From contig CM022673.1 of assembly GCA_012295275.1 (NCBI GenBank), positions 13,640,001-13,704,000 on the forward strand: 64,000 nucleotides of DNA, given 5' to 3'. This stretch comes from Chrysomallon squamiferum (taxonomy: Eukaryota > Animalia > Mollusca). Shown here one piece after another: positions 27,980 to 42,832 of this stretch. The translations under genes and the position numbers were made by a program. Each line of letters starts with the position of its first letter. The stretch's first letter is position 1. Below the pieces are notes generated by a model. That model was not told where the DNA came from, searched no databases, and worked only from the letters and a program-made list of their open reading frames with translations.

Positions 27980-28738
27980 GTAAAATAAAATAAAATATCG
28001 AATAAAAATAAAATAAATAAATTCATAAATAAATAAATAAATATATAAATAAATAAAACAAAATCATTAAAAAAGAAATACTGTCCGGGTATTAACCAAG
28101 ATGTCAAAAAATGTTTCAAAATTACAAAACTTTTGTTTTCCAGTGATGTTGAAAATTTATTAGTAACTTTTTGTCTTAGGGTGAACACATCGATCAAACC
28201 TATTTTTCATCTCGTCATAAAATACATTTTTCCAAATTATTTCTTTACGAAAATGGTTTTTCGTTTTTCAGCTAATGGTGGAATCTATTTGGACACAGAT
28301 ATGGTGATTGTTCGTTCCCTAGATCCGCTGCTTAAATACGATATAACAATGGGGCTCATAGAAAACGGTACAGGGATGGGAAACGCCCTTATTTTAGCCA
28401 GACGCGGTTCACCGTTTGTTAGAGAGTGGTACGAAAAATACAGAAACTACAACAATGCGAACTATTATAACAACTCGCTTCATGTTCCTAGAGATATGTG
28501 GATTAAAAATCCTAAATCTATTCATCTCGAGTCTGACCGTTTCTACAGACCTAACTGGTTTGAAGCGGATTTTCTGTTTAGACGGAGTGACTTCCCTTGG
28601 AAAAACAATTACGCTGTACACGTATGGACCAATGGAAATCCAGTTCCGAGAAGTGTAGAAGAACTGAAATATAGAAATACAACAATTGTTCAAGTTTTCA
28701 GACATGTTCTGTATGACAAAACTAATGACAAACCTTGA
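26932..28738 (+). CDS. GT32-like DXD glycosyltransferase, copy 2, 379 aa; exons 26932-27604 and 28272-28738
   Basis: Same motifs and phase-1 intron as copy 1; acceptor TTGCAG at 26895 upstream of the ATG. Confidence 0.92.
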
Positions 28739-29178
28739 AGTTAATATCAGGTGATATCAACAGGATGTAAACATATGGCACACACTTCCAAGTGTTTGTT
28801 TTATTTGGTTTGAAAGGCACTGATTTTTGTTACAGTTAGAGAATTATAACGTTCTGTGAAGCCATGGAGATAACATTTAACCTCGACTGATGTTAGTTCT
28901 TTCACAGAAATTTAAAAATTAAGATGTCATTAATTGTTTTACTAATTCTAAACAAGTTCTTGCAATGTGTGTAAGATTTTACTTTAAATCTGTTTCGTTC
29001 TGTATATTTTGATACGAGATAAGACAAAATGTCATGTTCATATGATTGGAGAGTTTTGTTTTACAGCCATAATTTTACTTTATTGTCAATTTAGGTTGGT
29101 GTTCAGTAACAAATAAGTCAATAACTTGGAAATTTAATATGAATATAAGAAAATATAATAACCTTGTCTATCTGTCTG

Positions 29179-29212
<34 letters not shown>

Positions 29213-31149
29213 ATTTGTGGAGAAACGGTTACGAAACAATGGTTTCATTTTATAATCACGTACGAAATCAGTAATTTAAAAAAAAAAAAAAATTAACAAA
29301 TTTCTTTTGTAAATTTAACACTGATTTGTAATTTAATGTGAACATTAAGATATATTCAATTATAATTCACGATATGATTCCGTATATTTATAAAGGAATG
29401 TAATATTTCTCTAAGAACGAAATACAATATTTATTTACATAATAAATGCATTTACTGTAATGACATAATCAGAACAAAAGAAAAAAAGGGAAGGGAAACA
29501 ACTCTAATCCGTTGTCTGGCGTTATTCGTTTGCAGTAAATAGCTTGACAACTGTATTACCTCTCTGATTCTTAACTCTGAAATAAATAAATAAATAAATG
29601 AAATAGAAAATAAATGATCAAATAAATGAATAAATGATTAAATAAATAAAATAAAATAAATAAATAAATTAAAAAACACACTAAAGAAATCTATTCGTCA
29701 CATAGAGACGCATACACACAATGACAGACGTAAATTAATAACGATGACTAACTTCTGCGAGTGATCCTAGAATTTCCAAATTAATTACAGTCTGTCGTAT
29801 ATTACATTTAAATATTTCACAAATATCAATACCATAAGACTATTTCGAACGTTTCTGAAAATATTTTATTTCATAACGCCATCTACGTTGATCACGTGAT
29901 ACACATTCTTGCGGACGTTAAACGCGCGACTTTTCCATCAATATACTGAACACGTAAGTAACAACGCTCCTACTCTTTTTTCTTTATTGATCGTTTCAGT
30001 AAATATTTTGTATGTAGATTGTATTTATTTATTTATTTAATTTACTATATTATTTAATTTCATTAGTTAAGTTAAATACATATATGTCTGTATGTATGTT
30101 CACACGTACGTTTTCTAGTAAGAACACAGAATATTGGTAAGAGAAATAGTTGTAGTAATAGAAATCGATACTAAAGTAGCAGTAATAGTACCGGTAATAG
30201 TAGTAGAAGTAGTAGTTGTAGTTATAGTTGTACTTGTAGTAGCTGTAGTACTAGTATCAGCAGCAAACTTGTCAACTCTCACGCATGTGTATATAAATTA
30301 CGTGCAAATATTTGCTATTGTTTAAGAAGTGATCGTATTTGCAAACCTGTGCCACAAAACTAATTACTATACAGCTTGTTTTGTTTGTTCGGTAATTTTG
30401 GAAGTAGACAATGACAATGACTTTATTATCCTGAACTGTAGGATTACAGTACAGAGAAGAATGCTTTGCAAGTATATCATAAAAGGTTAACGGCAGCTGG
30501 ACGGGATTTTGAAATGGTGCTGGTTTATACAGAAATCCGAATTAGTCAAAGGAGGGTTTTCACAGAATCCAGTGTATACATTCGTATATATATATATATT
30601 TAATTATTTTAGAGCCAAATAATTCGTATATCTATATTTAATTATTTTAGAGCCGAATACATTTATATATGTGAAAAGTGCCCATTTTATTTAGGATTTT
30701 TATGTTTCTTGCAATTTTATTAAGATTTTTTAAATTTCTGTCAATGTATAGAACACTGGAGAATACGTATGCCATCGTCACTTTTGTAGCACTATTATAT
30801 TATGGTCCATGTGAACCGTGTGTAACGTTTCAATAGTGCCTTTTCATAATGTTGTGATTCCCTTTTTGTCACGGACACCTCCCCCGTCATCAGAAAAGCT
30901 GGATCTGCCCCAGCATTAGTAGTAGTAGTAGTAATAGTACTACTAATGTTAGCAGTAGTAACAGCAGCAGTAGTAATAGTAGAGTAGTTAGTAAAGTATT
31001 GATGGTAGTAATAATGATGATGGTGGTGACTTACAATTAGTACAGTAGTATTAAATACAAAATTATATTCTAATTCAGTCAGAGGTAATCAGTTTCAGGT
31101 CATGCATATAATAATGTATTTCACTGTAAAGACAACGAAATCTTTTCGA

Positions 31150-32670
31150 TATCAATTTTAACGTAACAGCTGTCACTGGTTTAACAACTGTCTTCAGTAT
31201 ATTACAAATAATCTGTTTTTAAGTCCTCAGTAAGATTATGCTTATTGCGTCTGAATTATTTGTACTTTGAAATACGCCTTCTGTGTCAAGTTCTGAATGT
31301 TCTCGTTGAAACGAGTAAAAGAAAAATCGTTGGAGTTTCTTTTGAAACTGAAATGAAGCAGAACTCGGTTCTTACAGATGGTAAAGATTTACAGATCAAT
31401 CGATCACGCTTTGTTATGCGCGTGTATAACTGTGCACATGGAAATAAATGAAGCAACGCTCAATTCATAGATCAATGATTCTGTGAATGGAGATAACAGT
31501 GCATTTTCCTGAATGATTTATTGACATATGGCATCTTGCTGAATAGCATGACCTCCGTGTAGACACCCGTGCACATAAAACAGTGTTGAAATCAAGTTTG
31601 TAATTATTATGTGTCATGTTCTCTCTTGTCAGTTCTATAATTGTCATGGCCCATCGTTAATCGCCAGAGGCTACAAGGTGGCAAATTACTGGTATAAGAA
31701 ATACAATTGCCGATAATATTTGTCGTGCTGGGGTGTCGTTAAACTTCATTCGAGAAATGCAGGAGTGCTTCTCGTACAATATGTTCATCATTTCAAGACT
31801 GGTGAACACGCACAGGGCTACCAATGATGTCAAAGGTCTTTCAAGACCTGGCAGACTTCGAAAGACAGCAATACGAGAGGAAAGAACATTGATGAGACTT
31901 GTTAGACGCCGTTCGTGGGTCTCGGACACATCTTTAAAACAAGGGAGGTTACCAGGGAGAACCATTTACTACAGGACCGCCAGGAATCAGACAGCAACAT
32001 GACTTGCCTCGTGTAATCATCGTGTTCGCTGGAAGACTGATCATGGCGGAGAGTTCACTTTTTCAGTGAGAGTCGTTTCGTATTGCATATCGTGTCTGGA
32101 GACAAAGGAACATAGCCATGGTTTCCTATAATATCCTGGATACGGTTCTGTTTGGGAAGAGTTAATCATGGTATGAGAATTCATTTCCTTAGGTTGCAAA
32201 ATAGTACTCATCAGCATTAATGGGCCTAGGTTTCAAGAAATATCCTTACCGAGTTGTTGTCCCGCACTTTGATAAACATCCACTCGCCACACAACACATC
32301 ATCATGCTTGACAATAATGTGCCTCCCAGAGCAACAGAATGCTATTGAGACCATTCCAATCTCACAGTGAATCGACTGCTGCTTTGCATGAACACTGGAA
32401 CAGGATTTCTCAAAATCAAATCCAAAGACTGATCCAGTGAATGAGGTGGCGTCTTGAAGCAGCTGTTCGTGTCCATGGAGGTTAAATGAAACACTGATGG
32501 AAAGTCAATATTTGGACATTATTCTTCAGTTCCATGAACCTGACATGTATTATATTCAAGTAAACGACATTATGTCATTTCATGTACCAGTTCATTAAAG
32601 ATGCTCAGTGAGAGTAAATACGGGTTTTGCTTAACTAATTTCCTTATCAATAATTAAAATACAGAAAGAC
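31150..32670 (+). mobile_element. Decayed Tc1/mariner relic (duplicated copy)
   Basis: SRPGRLRKTAIREERTLMRLVRRR and WRRVHFFSESRF (Tc1 WxxVxFSDESxF region, ~32044-32079); the 3' part is near-identical to relic A. Confidence 0.85.
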
Positions 32671-32806
32671 AGAGAGAAACATCGTGACCGGTCGAAGTAT
32701 TCCGAAGTAGTCTATTAAACCTAGTTGTTTTATTATTGCTAATTTAGTTTACTGTAATTCTAATTGCAGACTTTGGGTTAATGGGTGATCAAAAAACGAA
32801 GCGGCC

Positions 32807-33874
32807 ATGTTTGTTTCTGGAAAATTGACAGCAGTCACGACGATATTGATAGCGTATGGCCTGTTCACGTCTGTCGCCATTTTTATTTACGTCACATATA
32901 CGGTAAAGATTAAAGAAAAGTCTAACTTTATTGTACAAATGGAGAATCTTTTGTTAGAAAACAAAGAAAACGAGACGAACAATTTTTTTATGTTTGACGA
33001 CCACAATCACGAGTTCATTGCAGAAAATCGAGTTAATGTGTGTGAAATTTTTGACGTCATCAAATCTATTGACATCACTGTAAATACTTTGAACTCACAG
33101 CTATTCTGTGACGACAAAGCCTATTCTAGTGACCTCGTTTGTAGATGGTTCTTTTACCAAGCTGACCTTCCAGTAAACAACATGTGTAGAAGAACTTCAA
33201 AAGACAACGTTGTGCCAAAAATCGTTTATTACGTCATCTTTGGCTCTTATACGTTCAGATTCTGGGAATATATCAGTGTTCTTAGTGCAAAGAAGTTCAT
33301 CAAACCTTCAGCTATATACGTTTTTGGTGATGGTCATCCAAAAGGAGTTTGGTGGGAGAGGGTAATGAGTGACATCAAGGGTGTGAGATTTATTTACAGA
33401 GAGAAACCAAAGATTGGGAACTGGACGGTGAAATGGATTCAACACCTATCAGATGTCGTCAGACTTCAGGTTTTACTAGGTTTGTTTTATTTATTTTATT
33501 TCTCCTGAATTTGAATTGTAGATTCATTGTCTGTATTTGGATCTTCTTGACTTTCCTTTTACTTTTGGTAAAAAAACGCAGTTTAACTGAACTATACTGG
33601 TTTTATTTATTTAATGTTTTGAAGTCTTTAAAGTTATTCTTTAATTGTTGTTTGACACAAGATTTAAATGAGTACTGTTAAAACGAGCAACTAGACATGA
33701 ACAATACACTTCAGTATGCATCTGAGTTATTTTCCCGTTCTAACAAGTGTTCCACGATTGCCTACCAAAAGACTTAACATTTGATTTCTACCTTAAAGGT
33801 CCCCACCTCAAAAAACAAAAAATAATAATAAAAAAATAAAATAAAATAAATAAATGAATGAATGAATGAATGAA

Positions 33875-33953
<79 letters not shown>

Positions 33954-34712
33954 GTAAAATAAAATAAAATATCGAATAAAAATAAAATAAATAAATTCAT
34001 AAATAAATAAATAAATATATAAATAAATAAAACAAAATCATTAAAAAAGAAATACTGTCCGGGTATTAACCAAGATGTCAAAAAATATTTCAAAATTACA
34101 AAACTTTTGTTTTCCAGTGATGTTGAAAATTTATTAGTAACTTTTTGTCTTAGTGTGAACACATCGATCAAAAATGTTTTTCATCTCGTCATAAAATACA
34201 TTTTTCCAAATTATTTCTTTACGAAAATGGTTTTTCGTTTTTCAGCTAATGGTGGAATCTATTTGGACACAGATATGGTGATTGTTCGTTCCCTAGATCC
34301 GCTGCTTAAATACGATATAACAATGGGGCTCATAGAAAACGGCACAGGGATGGGAAACGCCCTTATTTTAGCCAGACGCGGTTCACCGTTTGTTAGAGAG
34401 TGGTACGAAAAATACAGAAACTACAACAATGCGAACTATTTTAACAACTCGCTTCATGTTGCTAGAGATATGTGGATTAAAAATCCTAGATCTATTCATC
34501 TCGAGTCTGACCGTTTCTACAGACCTAACTGGTTTGAAGCGGATTTTCTGTTTAGACGGAGTGACTTCCCTTGGAGAAACAGTTACGCTGTACACGTATG
34601 GACCAATGGAAATCCAGTTCCGAGAAGTGTAGAAGAACTGAAATATAGAAATACAACAATTGTTCAAGTTTTCAGACATGTTCTGTATGACAAAACTGAT
34701 GACAAATCTTGA
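32807..34712 (+). CDS. GT32-like DXD glycosyltransferase, copy 3, 379 aa; exons 32807-33479 and 34246-34712
   Basis: Intact frame, canonical GT-AG phase-1 intron, GGIYLDTD. Confidence 0.92.
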
Positions 34713-35148
34713 AGTTAACATCAGGTGATATCAACAGGATGTAAATATATGGCACACACTTCCAAGTATTTGTTTTATTTGGTTTCAAAGGCACTGATTT
34801 TTGTTACAGTTAGAGAATTATAACGCTCTCTGAAGCCATGGAGATAACATTTAACCTCGACTGATGTTAGTTCTTTCACAGAAATTTAAAAATTAAGATG
34901 TCATTAATTGTTTTACTAATTCTAAACAAGTTCTTGCAATGTGCGTAAGATTTTACTTTAAATCTGTTTCGTTCTGTATATTTTGAGACGAGATAAAACA
35001 AAATGTCATGTTCATATGATTGGAGAGCTTTGTTTTACAGCCATAATTTTACTTTATTGTCATTTCAGGTTGGTGTTAAGTAACAAATAAGTCAATAACT
35101 TGGAAATTTAATATGAATATAAGAAAATATAATAACCTTGTCTATCTG

Positions 35149-35221
<73 letters not shown>

Positions 35222-36972
35222 ATATATATATACACACACACACACAATTTGTGGACAAACGGTTACGAAACAATGGTTTCATTTTATAATCACGTACGAA
35301 ATCAGTAATTTAAAAAAAAAAAAAATAATAACTTTCTTTTGTAAATTTAACACTGATTTGTAATTTAATGTGAACATTACGATATATTCAATTATAATTC
35401 ACGATATAATTCCGTATATTTATAAAGGAATGTAATATTTCTCTAAGAACGAAATACAATATTTATTTACATAATAAATGCATTTACTGTAATGACGTAA
35501 TCAGAACAAAAGAAAAAAAGGGAAGGGAAACAACTCTAATCCGTTGTCTGGCGTTATTCGTTTGCAGTAAATAGCTTGACAACTGTATTACCTCTCTGAT
35601 TCTTAACATTAGTTCTGAAATAAATAAATAAATAAATGAAATAGAAAATAAATGATCAAATAAATGAATAAATGATTAAATAAATAAAATAAAATAAATA
35701 AATAAAATTAAAAAAACACTAAAGAAATCTATTCGTCACATAGCGACGCATACACACAATGACAGACGTAAATTAATAACGATGACTAACTTCTGCGAGT
35801 GATGCTAGAATTTCCAAATTAATTACAGTCTGTCGTATATTACATTTAAATATTTCACAAATATCAATACCATAAGACTATTTCGAACGTTTCTGAAAAT
35901 ATTTTATTTCATAACGCCATCTACGTTGATCACGTGATACACATTCTTGCGGACGTTAAACGCGCGACTTTTCCATCGATAAACTGAACACGTAAGTAAC
36001 AACGCTCCTACTCTTTTTTCTTTATTGATCGTTTCAGTAAATATTTTGTATGTAGATTGTATTTATTTCATTAGTTAAGTTAGACACATATATGTCTGTA
36101 TGTATGTTCACACGTACGTTTTCTAGTAAGAACACAGAATATTGGTAATAGAAATAGTTGTAGTAATAGCAAATATTTGCTATTGTTTAAGAAGTGATCG
36201 TATTTGCAAACCTGTGCCACAAAACTAATTAGTATACAGCTTGTTTTGTTTGTTCGGTAATTTTGGAAGTAGACAATGACAATGACTTTATTATCCTGAA
36301 CTGTAGGATTACAGTACAGAGAAGAATGCTTTGCAAGTATATCATAAAAGGTTAACGGCAGCTGGACGGGATTTTGAAATGGTGCTGGTTTATACAGAAA
36401 TCCGAATTAGTCAAAGGAGGGTTTTCACAGAATCCAGTGTATACATTCGTATATATATATATTTAATTATTTTAGAGCCGAATACATTTATATATGTGAA
36501 AAGTGCCCATTTTATTTAGGATTTTTATGTTTCTTGCAATTTTATTAAGATTTTTTAAATTTCTGTCAATGTATAGAACACTGGAGAATACGTATGCCAT
36601 CGTCACTTTTGTAGCACTATTATATTATGGTCCATGTGAATCGTGTGTAACGTTTCAATAGTGCCTTTTCATAATGTTGTGATTCCCTTTTTGTCACGGA
36701 CACCTCCCCCGTCATCAGAAAAGCTGGATCTGCCCCAGCATTAGTAGTAGTAGTAGCAATAGTACTACTAATATTAGCAGTAGTAACAGCAGCAGTAGTA
36801 ATAGTAGAGTAGTTAGTAAAGTATTGATGGTAGTAATAATGATGATGGTGGTGACTTACAATTAGTACAGTAGTATTAAATACAAAATTATATTCTAATT
36901 CAGTCAGAGGTAATCAGTTTCAGGTCATGCATATAATAATGTATTTCACTGTAAAGACAACGAAATCTTTTC

Positions 36973-38491
36973 GATATCAATTTTAACGTAACAGCTGTCA
37001 CTGGTTTAACAACTGTCTTCAGTATATTACAAATAATCTGATTTAAGTCCTCAGTAAGATTATGCTTATTGCGTCTGAATTATTTGTACTTTGAAATACG
37101 CCTTCTGTGTCAAGTTCTGAATGTTCTCGTTGAAACGAGTAAAAGAAAAATCGTTGGAGTTTCTTTTGAAACTGAAATGAAGCAGAACTCGGTTCTTACA
37201 GATGGTAAAGATTTACAGATCAATCGATCACGCTTTGTTATGCGCGTGTATAACTGTGCACATGGAAATAAATGAAGCAACGCTCAATTCATAGATCAAT
37301 GATTCTGTGAATGGAGATAACAGTGCATTTTCCTGAATGATTTATTGACATATGGCATCTTGCTGAATAGCATGACCTCCGTGTAGACACCCGTGCACAT
37401 AAAACAGTGTTGAAATCAAGTTTGTAATTATTATGTGTCATGTTCTCTCTTGTCAGTTCTATAATTGTCATGGCCCATCGTTAATCGCCAGAGGCTACAA
37501 GGTGGCAAATTACTGGTATAAGAAATACAATTGCCGATAATATTTGTCGTGCTGGGGTGTCGTTAAACTTCATTCGAGAAATGCAGGAGTGCTTCTCGTA
37601 CAATATGTTCATCATTTCAAGACTGGTGAACACGCACAGGGCTACCAATGATGTCAAAGGTCTTTCAAGACCTGGCAGACTTCGAAAGACAGCAATACGA
37701 GAGGAAAGAATATTGATGAGACTTGTTAGACGCCGTTCGTGGGTCTCGGACACATCTTTAAAACAAGAGTGGTTACCAGGGAGAACCATTTACTACAGGA
37801 CCGCCAGGAATCAGACAGCAACATGACTTGCCTTGTGTAATCATCGTGTTCGCTGGAAGACTGATCATGGCGGAGAGTTCACTTTTTCAGTGAGAGTCGT
37901 TTCATATTACATATCGTGTCTGGAGACAAAGGAACATATCCATGGTTTCCTATAATATCCTGGATACGGTTCTGTTTGGGAAGAGTTAATCATGGTATGA
38001 GAATTCATTTCCTTAGGTTGCAAAATAGTACTCATCAGCATTAATGGGCCTAGGTTTCAAGAAATATCCTTACCGAGTTGTTGTCCCGCACTTTGATAAA
38101 CGTCCACTCGCCACACGACACATCATCATGCTTGACAATAGTGTGCCTCCCAGAGCAACATAATGCTATTGAGACCATTCCAATCTCACAGTGAATCGAC
38201 TGCTGCTTTGCATGAACACTGGAACAGGATTTCTCAAGATCAAATCCAAAGACTGATCCAGTGAATGAGGAGGCGTCTTGAAGCAGCTGTTCGTGTGCAT
38301 GGAGGTTAAATGAAACACTGATGGAAAGTCAATATTTGGACATTATTCTTCAGTTCCGTGAACCTGACATGTATTATATTCAAGTAAACATTATGTCATT
38401 TCATGTACCAGTTCATTAAAGATGCTCAGTGAGAGTAAATACGGGTTTTGCTTAACTAATTTCCTTATCAATAATTAAAATACAGAAAGAC
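36973..38491 (+). mobile_element. Decayed Tc1/mariner relic (duplicated copy)
   Basis: Near-identical to 31150-32670. Confidence 0.85.
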
Positions 38492-38627
38492 AGAGAGAAA
38501 CATCGTGACCGGTCGAAGTATTCCGAAGTAGTCTATTAAACCTAGTTGTTTTATTATTGCTAATTTAGTTTACTGTAATTCTAATTGCAGACTTTGGGTT
38601 AATGGGTGATCAAAAAACGAAGCGGCC

Positions 38628-40594
38628 ATGTTTGTTTCTGGAAAATTGACAGCAGTCACGACGATATTGATAGCGTATGGCCTGTTCACGTCTGTCGCCA
38701 TTTTTATTTACGTCACATATACGGTTAAGATTAAAGAAAAGTCTAACTTTATTGTACAAATGGAGAATCTTTTGTTAGAAAACAAAGAAAACGAGACGAA
38801 CAATTTTTTTATGTTTGACGACCACAATCACGAGTTCATTGCAGAAAATCGAGTTAATGTGTGTGAAATTTTTGACGTCATCAAATCTATTGACATCACT
38901 GTAAATACTTTGAACTCACAGCTATTCTGTGACGACAAAGCCTATTCTAGTGACCTCGTTTGTAGATGGTTCTTTTACCAAGCTGACCTTCCAGTAAACA
39001 ACATGTGTAGAAGAACTTCAAAAGACAACGTTGTGCCAAAAATCGTTTATTACGTCATCTTTGGCTCTTATACGTTCAGATTCTGGGAATATATCAGTGT
39101 TCTTAGTGCAAAGAAGTTCATCAAACCTTCAGCTATATACGTTTTTGGTGATGGTCATCCAAAAGGAGTTTGGTGGGAGAGGGTAATGAGTGACATCAAG
39201 GGTGTGAGATTTATTTACAGAGAGAAACCGAAGATTGGGAACTGGACGGTGAAATGGATTCAACACCTATCAGATGTCGTCAGACTTCAGGTTTTACTAG
39301 GTTTGTTTTATTTATTTTATTTCTCCTGAATTTGAATTGTAGATTCATTGTCTGTATTTGGATCTTCTTGACTTTCCTTTTACTTTTGGTAAAAAAACGC
39401 AGTTTAACTGAACTATACTGGTTTTATTTATTTAATGTTTTGAAGTCTTTAAAGTTATTCTTTAATTGTTGTTTGACACAATATTTAAATATTGAAAACA
39501 GGGAAAATTATTAAACTTGTAATTTGTCTTTACTAAGTTCTTACATTATTTATGTATCTTATCAAAGACGTTTGTTGTAGGCCATTGAGTACTGTTAAAA
39601 CGAGTAACCAGACATGAACAATACACTTCAGTATGCATCTGAGTTATTTTTCCGTTCTAATAAATGTTCCACGATTGCCTACCAAAAGACTTAACATTTG
39701 ATTTCTACCTTAAAGGTCCCCACCTCAAAAAACAAAAAATAATAATAAAATAAAATAAAATATCGAATAAAAATTAAATAAATAAATAAATTAAAATAAT
39801 AATAAAATAATAAATAAATAATAATAATAATAATAATAATAAAATAATAATAAAATAAAATAAAATATCGAATAAAAATTAAATAAATAAATAAATAAAA
39901 CAAAATTATTAAAAAAGAAATACTGTCCGGGTATTAACCAAGATGTCAAAAAATGTTTCAAAATTACAAAACTTTTGTTTTCCAGTGATGTTGAAAATTT
40001 ATTAGTAACTTTTTGTCTTAGGGTGATCAAAAACTTTTTGTCGATGTGACCAAAAATATTTTTCATCTCGTCATAAAATACATTTTTCCAAATCATTTCT
40101 TTAAGAAAATGGTTTTTCGTTTTTCAGCTAATGGTGGAATCTATCTGGACACAGATATGGTGATTGTTCGTTCCCTAGATCCGCTGCTTAAATACGATAT
40201 AACAATGGGGCTCATAGAAAAGGGTACAGGGATGGGAAACGCCCTTATTTTAGCCAGACGCGGTTCACCGTTTGTTAGAGAGTGGTACGAAAAATACAGA
40301 AACTACAACAATCAGGAATTTTATAAAAACTCGCTACATGTTCCTAGAGATATGTGGATTAAAAATCCTAAATCTATTCATCTCGAGTCTGACCGTTTCT
40401 ACAGACCTAGCTGGTTTGAAGCGGATTTTCTGTTTAGACGGAGTGACTTCCCTTGGAGAAACAATTACGCTGTACACGTATGGACCAATGGAAATCCAGT
40501 TCCGAGAAGTGTAGAAGAACTGAAATATAGAAATACAACAATTGTTCAAGTTTTCAGACATGTTCTGTATGACAAAACTAATGACAAACCTTGA
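38628..40594 (+). CDS. GT32-like DXD glycosyltransferase, copy 4, 379 aa; exons 38628-39300 and 40128-40594
   Basis: Intact frame, canonical intron, GGIYLDTD. The first coding exon encodes the same protein as in copy 3. Confidence 0.92.
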
Positions 40595-42832
40595 AGTTAA
40601 CATCAGGTGATATCAACAGGATGTAAATATATGGCACACATTTCCAAGTGTTTGTTTTATTTGGTTTGAAAGGCACTGATTTTTGTTACAGTTAGAGAAT
40701 TATAACGCTCTGTGAAGCCATGGAGATAACATTTAACCTCGACTGATGTTAGTTCTTTCACAGAAATTTAAAAATTAAGATGTCATTAATTGTTTTACTA
40801 ATTCTAAACAAGTTCTTGCAATGTGCGTAAGATTTTACTTTAAATTTGTTTCGTTCTGTATATTTCGAGTCGACATAAGACAAAATGTCATGTTCATATG
40901 ATTGGAGAGTTTTGTTTTACAGCCATAATTTTACTTTATTGTCAATTTAGGTTGGTGTTCAGTAACAAATAAGTCAATAACTTGGAAATTTAATATGAAT
41001 ATAAGAAAATATAATGACCTTGTCTATCTGTCTGTATATATATATATATATACACACACACACAATTTGTGGAGAAACGGTTACGAAACAATGGTTTCAT
41101 TTTATAATCACGTACGAAATCAGTAATTTAAAAAAAAATAATAATAATAACAAATTTCTTTTGTAAATTTAACACTGATTTGTAATTTAATGTGAACATT
41201 ACGATATATTCAATTTTAATTGACGATATGATTCCGTATATTTATAAAGGAATGTAATATTTCTCTAAGAACGAAATACAATATTTATTTACATAATAAA
41301 TGCATTTACTGTAATGACGTAATCAGAACAAAAGAAAAAAGAGGGAAGGGAAACAACTCTAATCCGTTGTCTGGCATTATTCGTTTGCAGTAAATAGCTT
41401 GACAACTGTATTACCTCTCTGATTCTTAACATTAGTTCTGAAATAAATAAATAAAAAAATGAAATAGAAAATAAATGATCAAATAAATGAATAAATGATT
41501 AAATAAATAAAATAAAATGAATAAATAAAATTAAAAACACACTAAAGAAATCTATTCGTCACATAGCGACGCATACACACAATGACAGACGTAAATTAAT
41601 AACGATGACTAACTTCTGCGAGTGATCCTAGAATTTCCAAATTAATTACAGTCTGTCGTATATTACATTTAAATATTTCACAAATATCAATACCATAAGA
41701 CTATTTCGAACGTTTCTGAAAATATTTTATTTCATAACGCCATCTACGTTGATCACGTGATACACATTCTTGCGGACGTTAAACGCGCGACTTTTCCATC
41801 GATAAACTTGACACGTAAGTAACAACGCTCCTACTCTTTTTTCTTTTTTGATCGTTTCAGTAAATATTTTGTATGTAGATTGTATTTATTTATTTATTTA
41901 TTTACTATATTATTTAATTTCATTAGTTAAGTTAAATACATATATGTCTGTATGTATGTTCACACGTACGTTTTCTAGTAAGAACACAGAATATTGGTAA
42001 TAGAAATAGTTGTAGTAATAGCAAATATTTGCTATTGTTTAAGAAGTGATCGTATTTGCAAACCTGTGCCACAAAACTAATTACTATACAGCTTGTTTTG
42101 TTTGTTCGGTAATTTTGGAAGCAGACAATGACAATGACTTTATTATCCTGAACTGTAGGATTACAGTACAGAGAAGAATGCTTTGCAAGTATATCATAAA
42201 AGGTTAACGGCAGCTGGACGGGATTTTGAAATGGTGCTGGTTTATACAGAAATCCGAATTAGTCAAAGGAGGGTTTTCACAGAATCCAGTGTATACATTC
42301 GTATATATATATATATTTAATTATTTTAGAGCCGAATACATTTATATATGTGAAAAGTGCCCATTTTATTTAGGATTTTTATGTTTCTTGCAATTTTATT
42401 AAGATTTTTTAAATTTCTGTCAATGTATAGAACACTGGAGAATACGTATGCCATCGTCACTTTTGTAGCACTATTATATTATGGTCCATGTGAATCGTGT
42501 GTAACGTTTCAATAGTGCCTTTTCATAATGTTGTGATTCCCTTTTTGTCACGGACACCTCCCCCGTCATCAGAAAAGCTGGATCTGCCCCAGCATTAGTA
42601 GTAGTAGTAGTAATAGTACTACTAATGTTAGCAGTAGTAACAGCAGCAGTAGTAATAGTAGAGTAGTTATTAAAGTATTGATGGTAGTTTTAATGATGAT
42701 GGTGGTGACTTACAATTAGTACAGTAGTATTAAATACAAAATTATATTCTAATTCAGTCAGAGGTAATCAGTTTCAGGTCATGCATATAATAATGTATTT
42801 CACTGTAAAGACAACGAAATCTTTTCGATATC

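Noticed and set aside
26911-28271. ORF extensions into introns (294-aa and 201-aa versions)
   Set aside because: Read-through past the clear splice sites at 27604 and 28272; splicing restores the GT32 motif.
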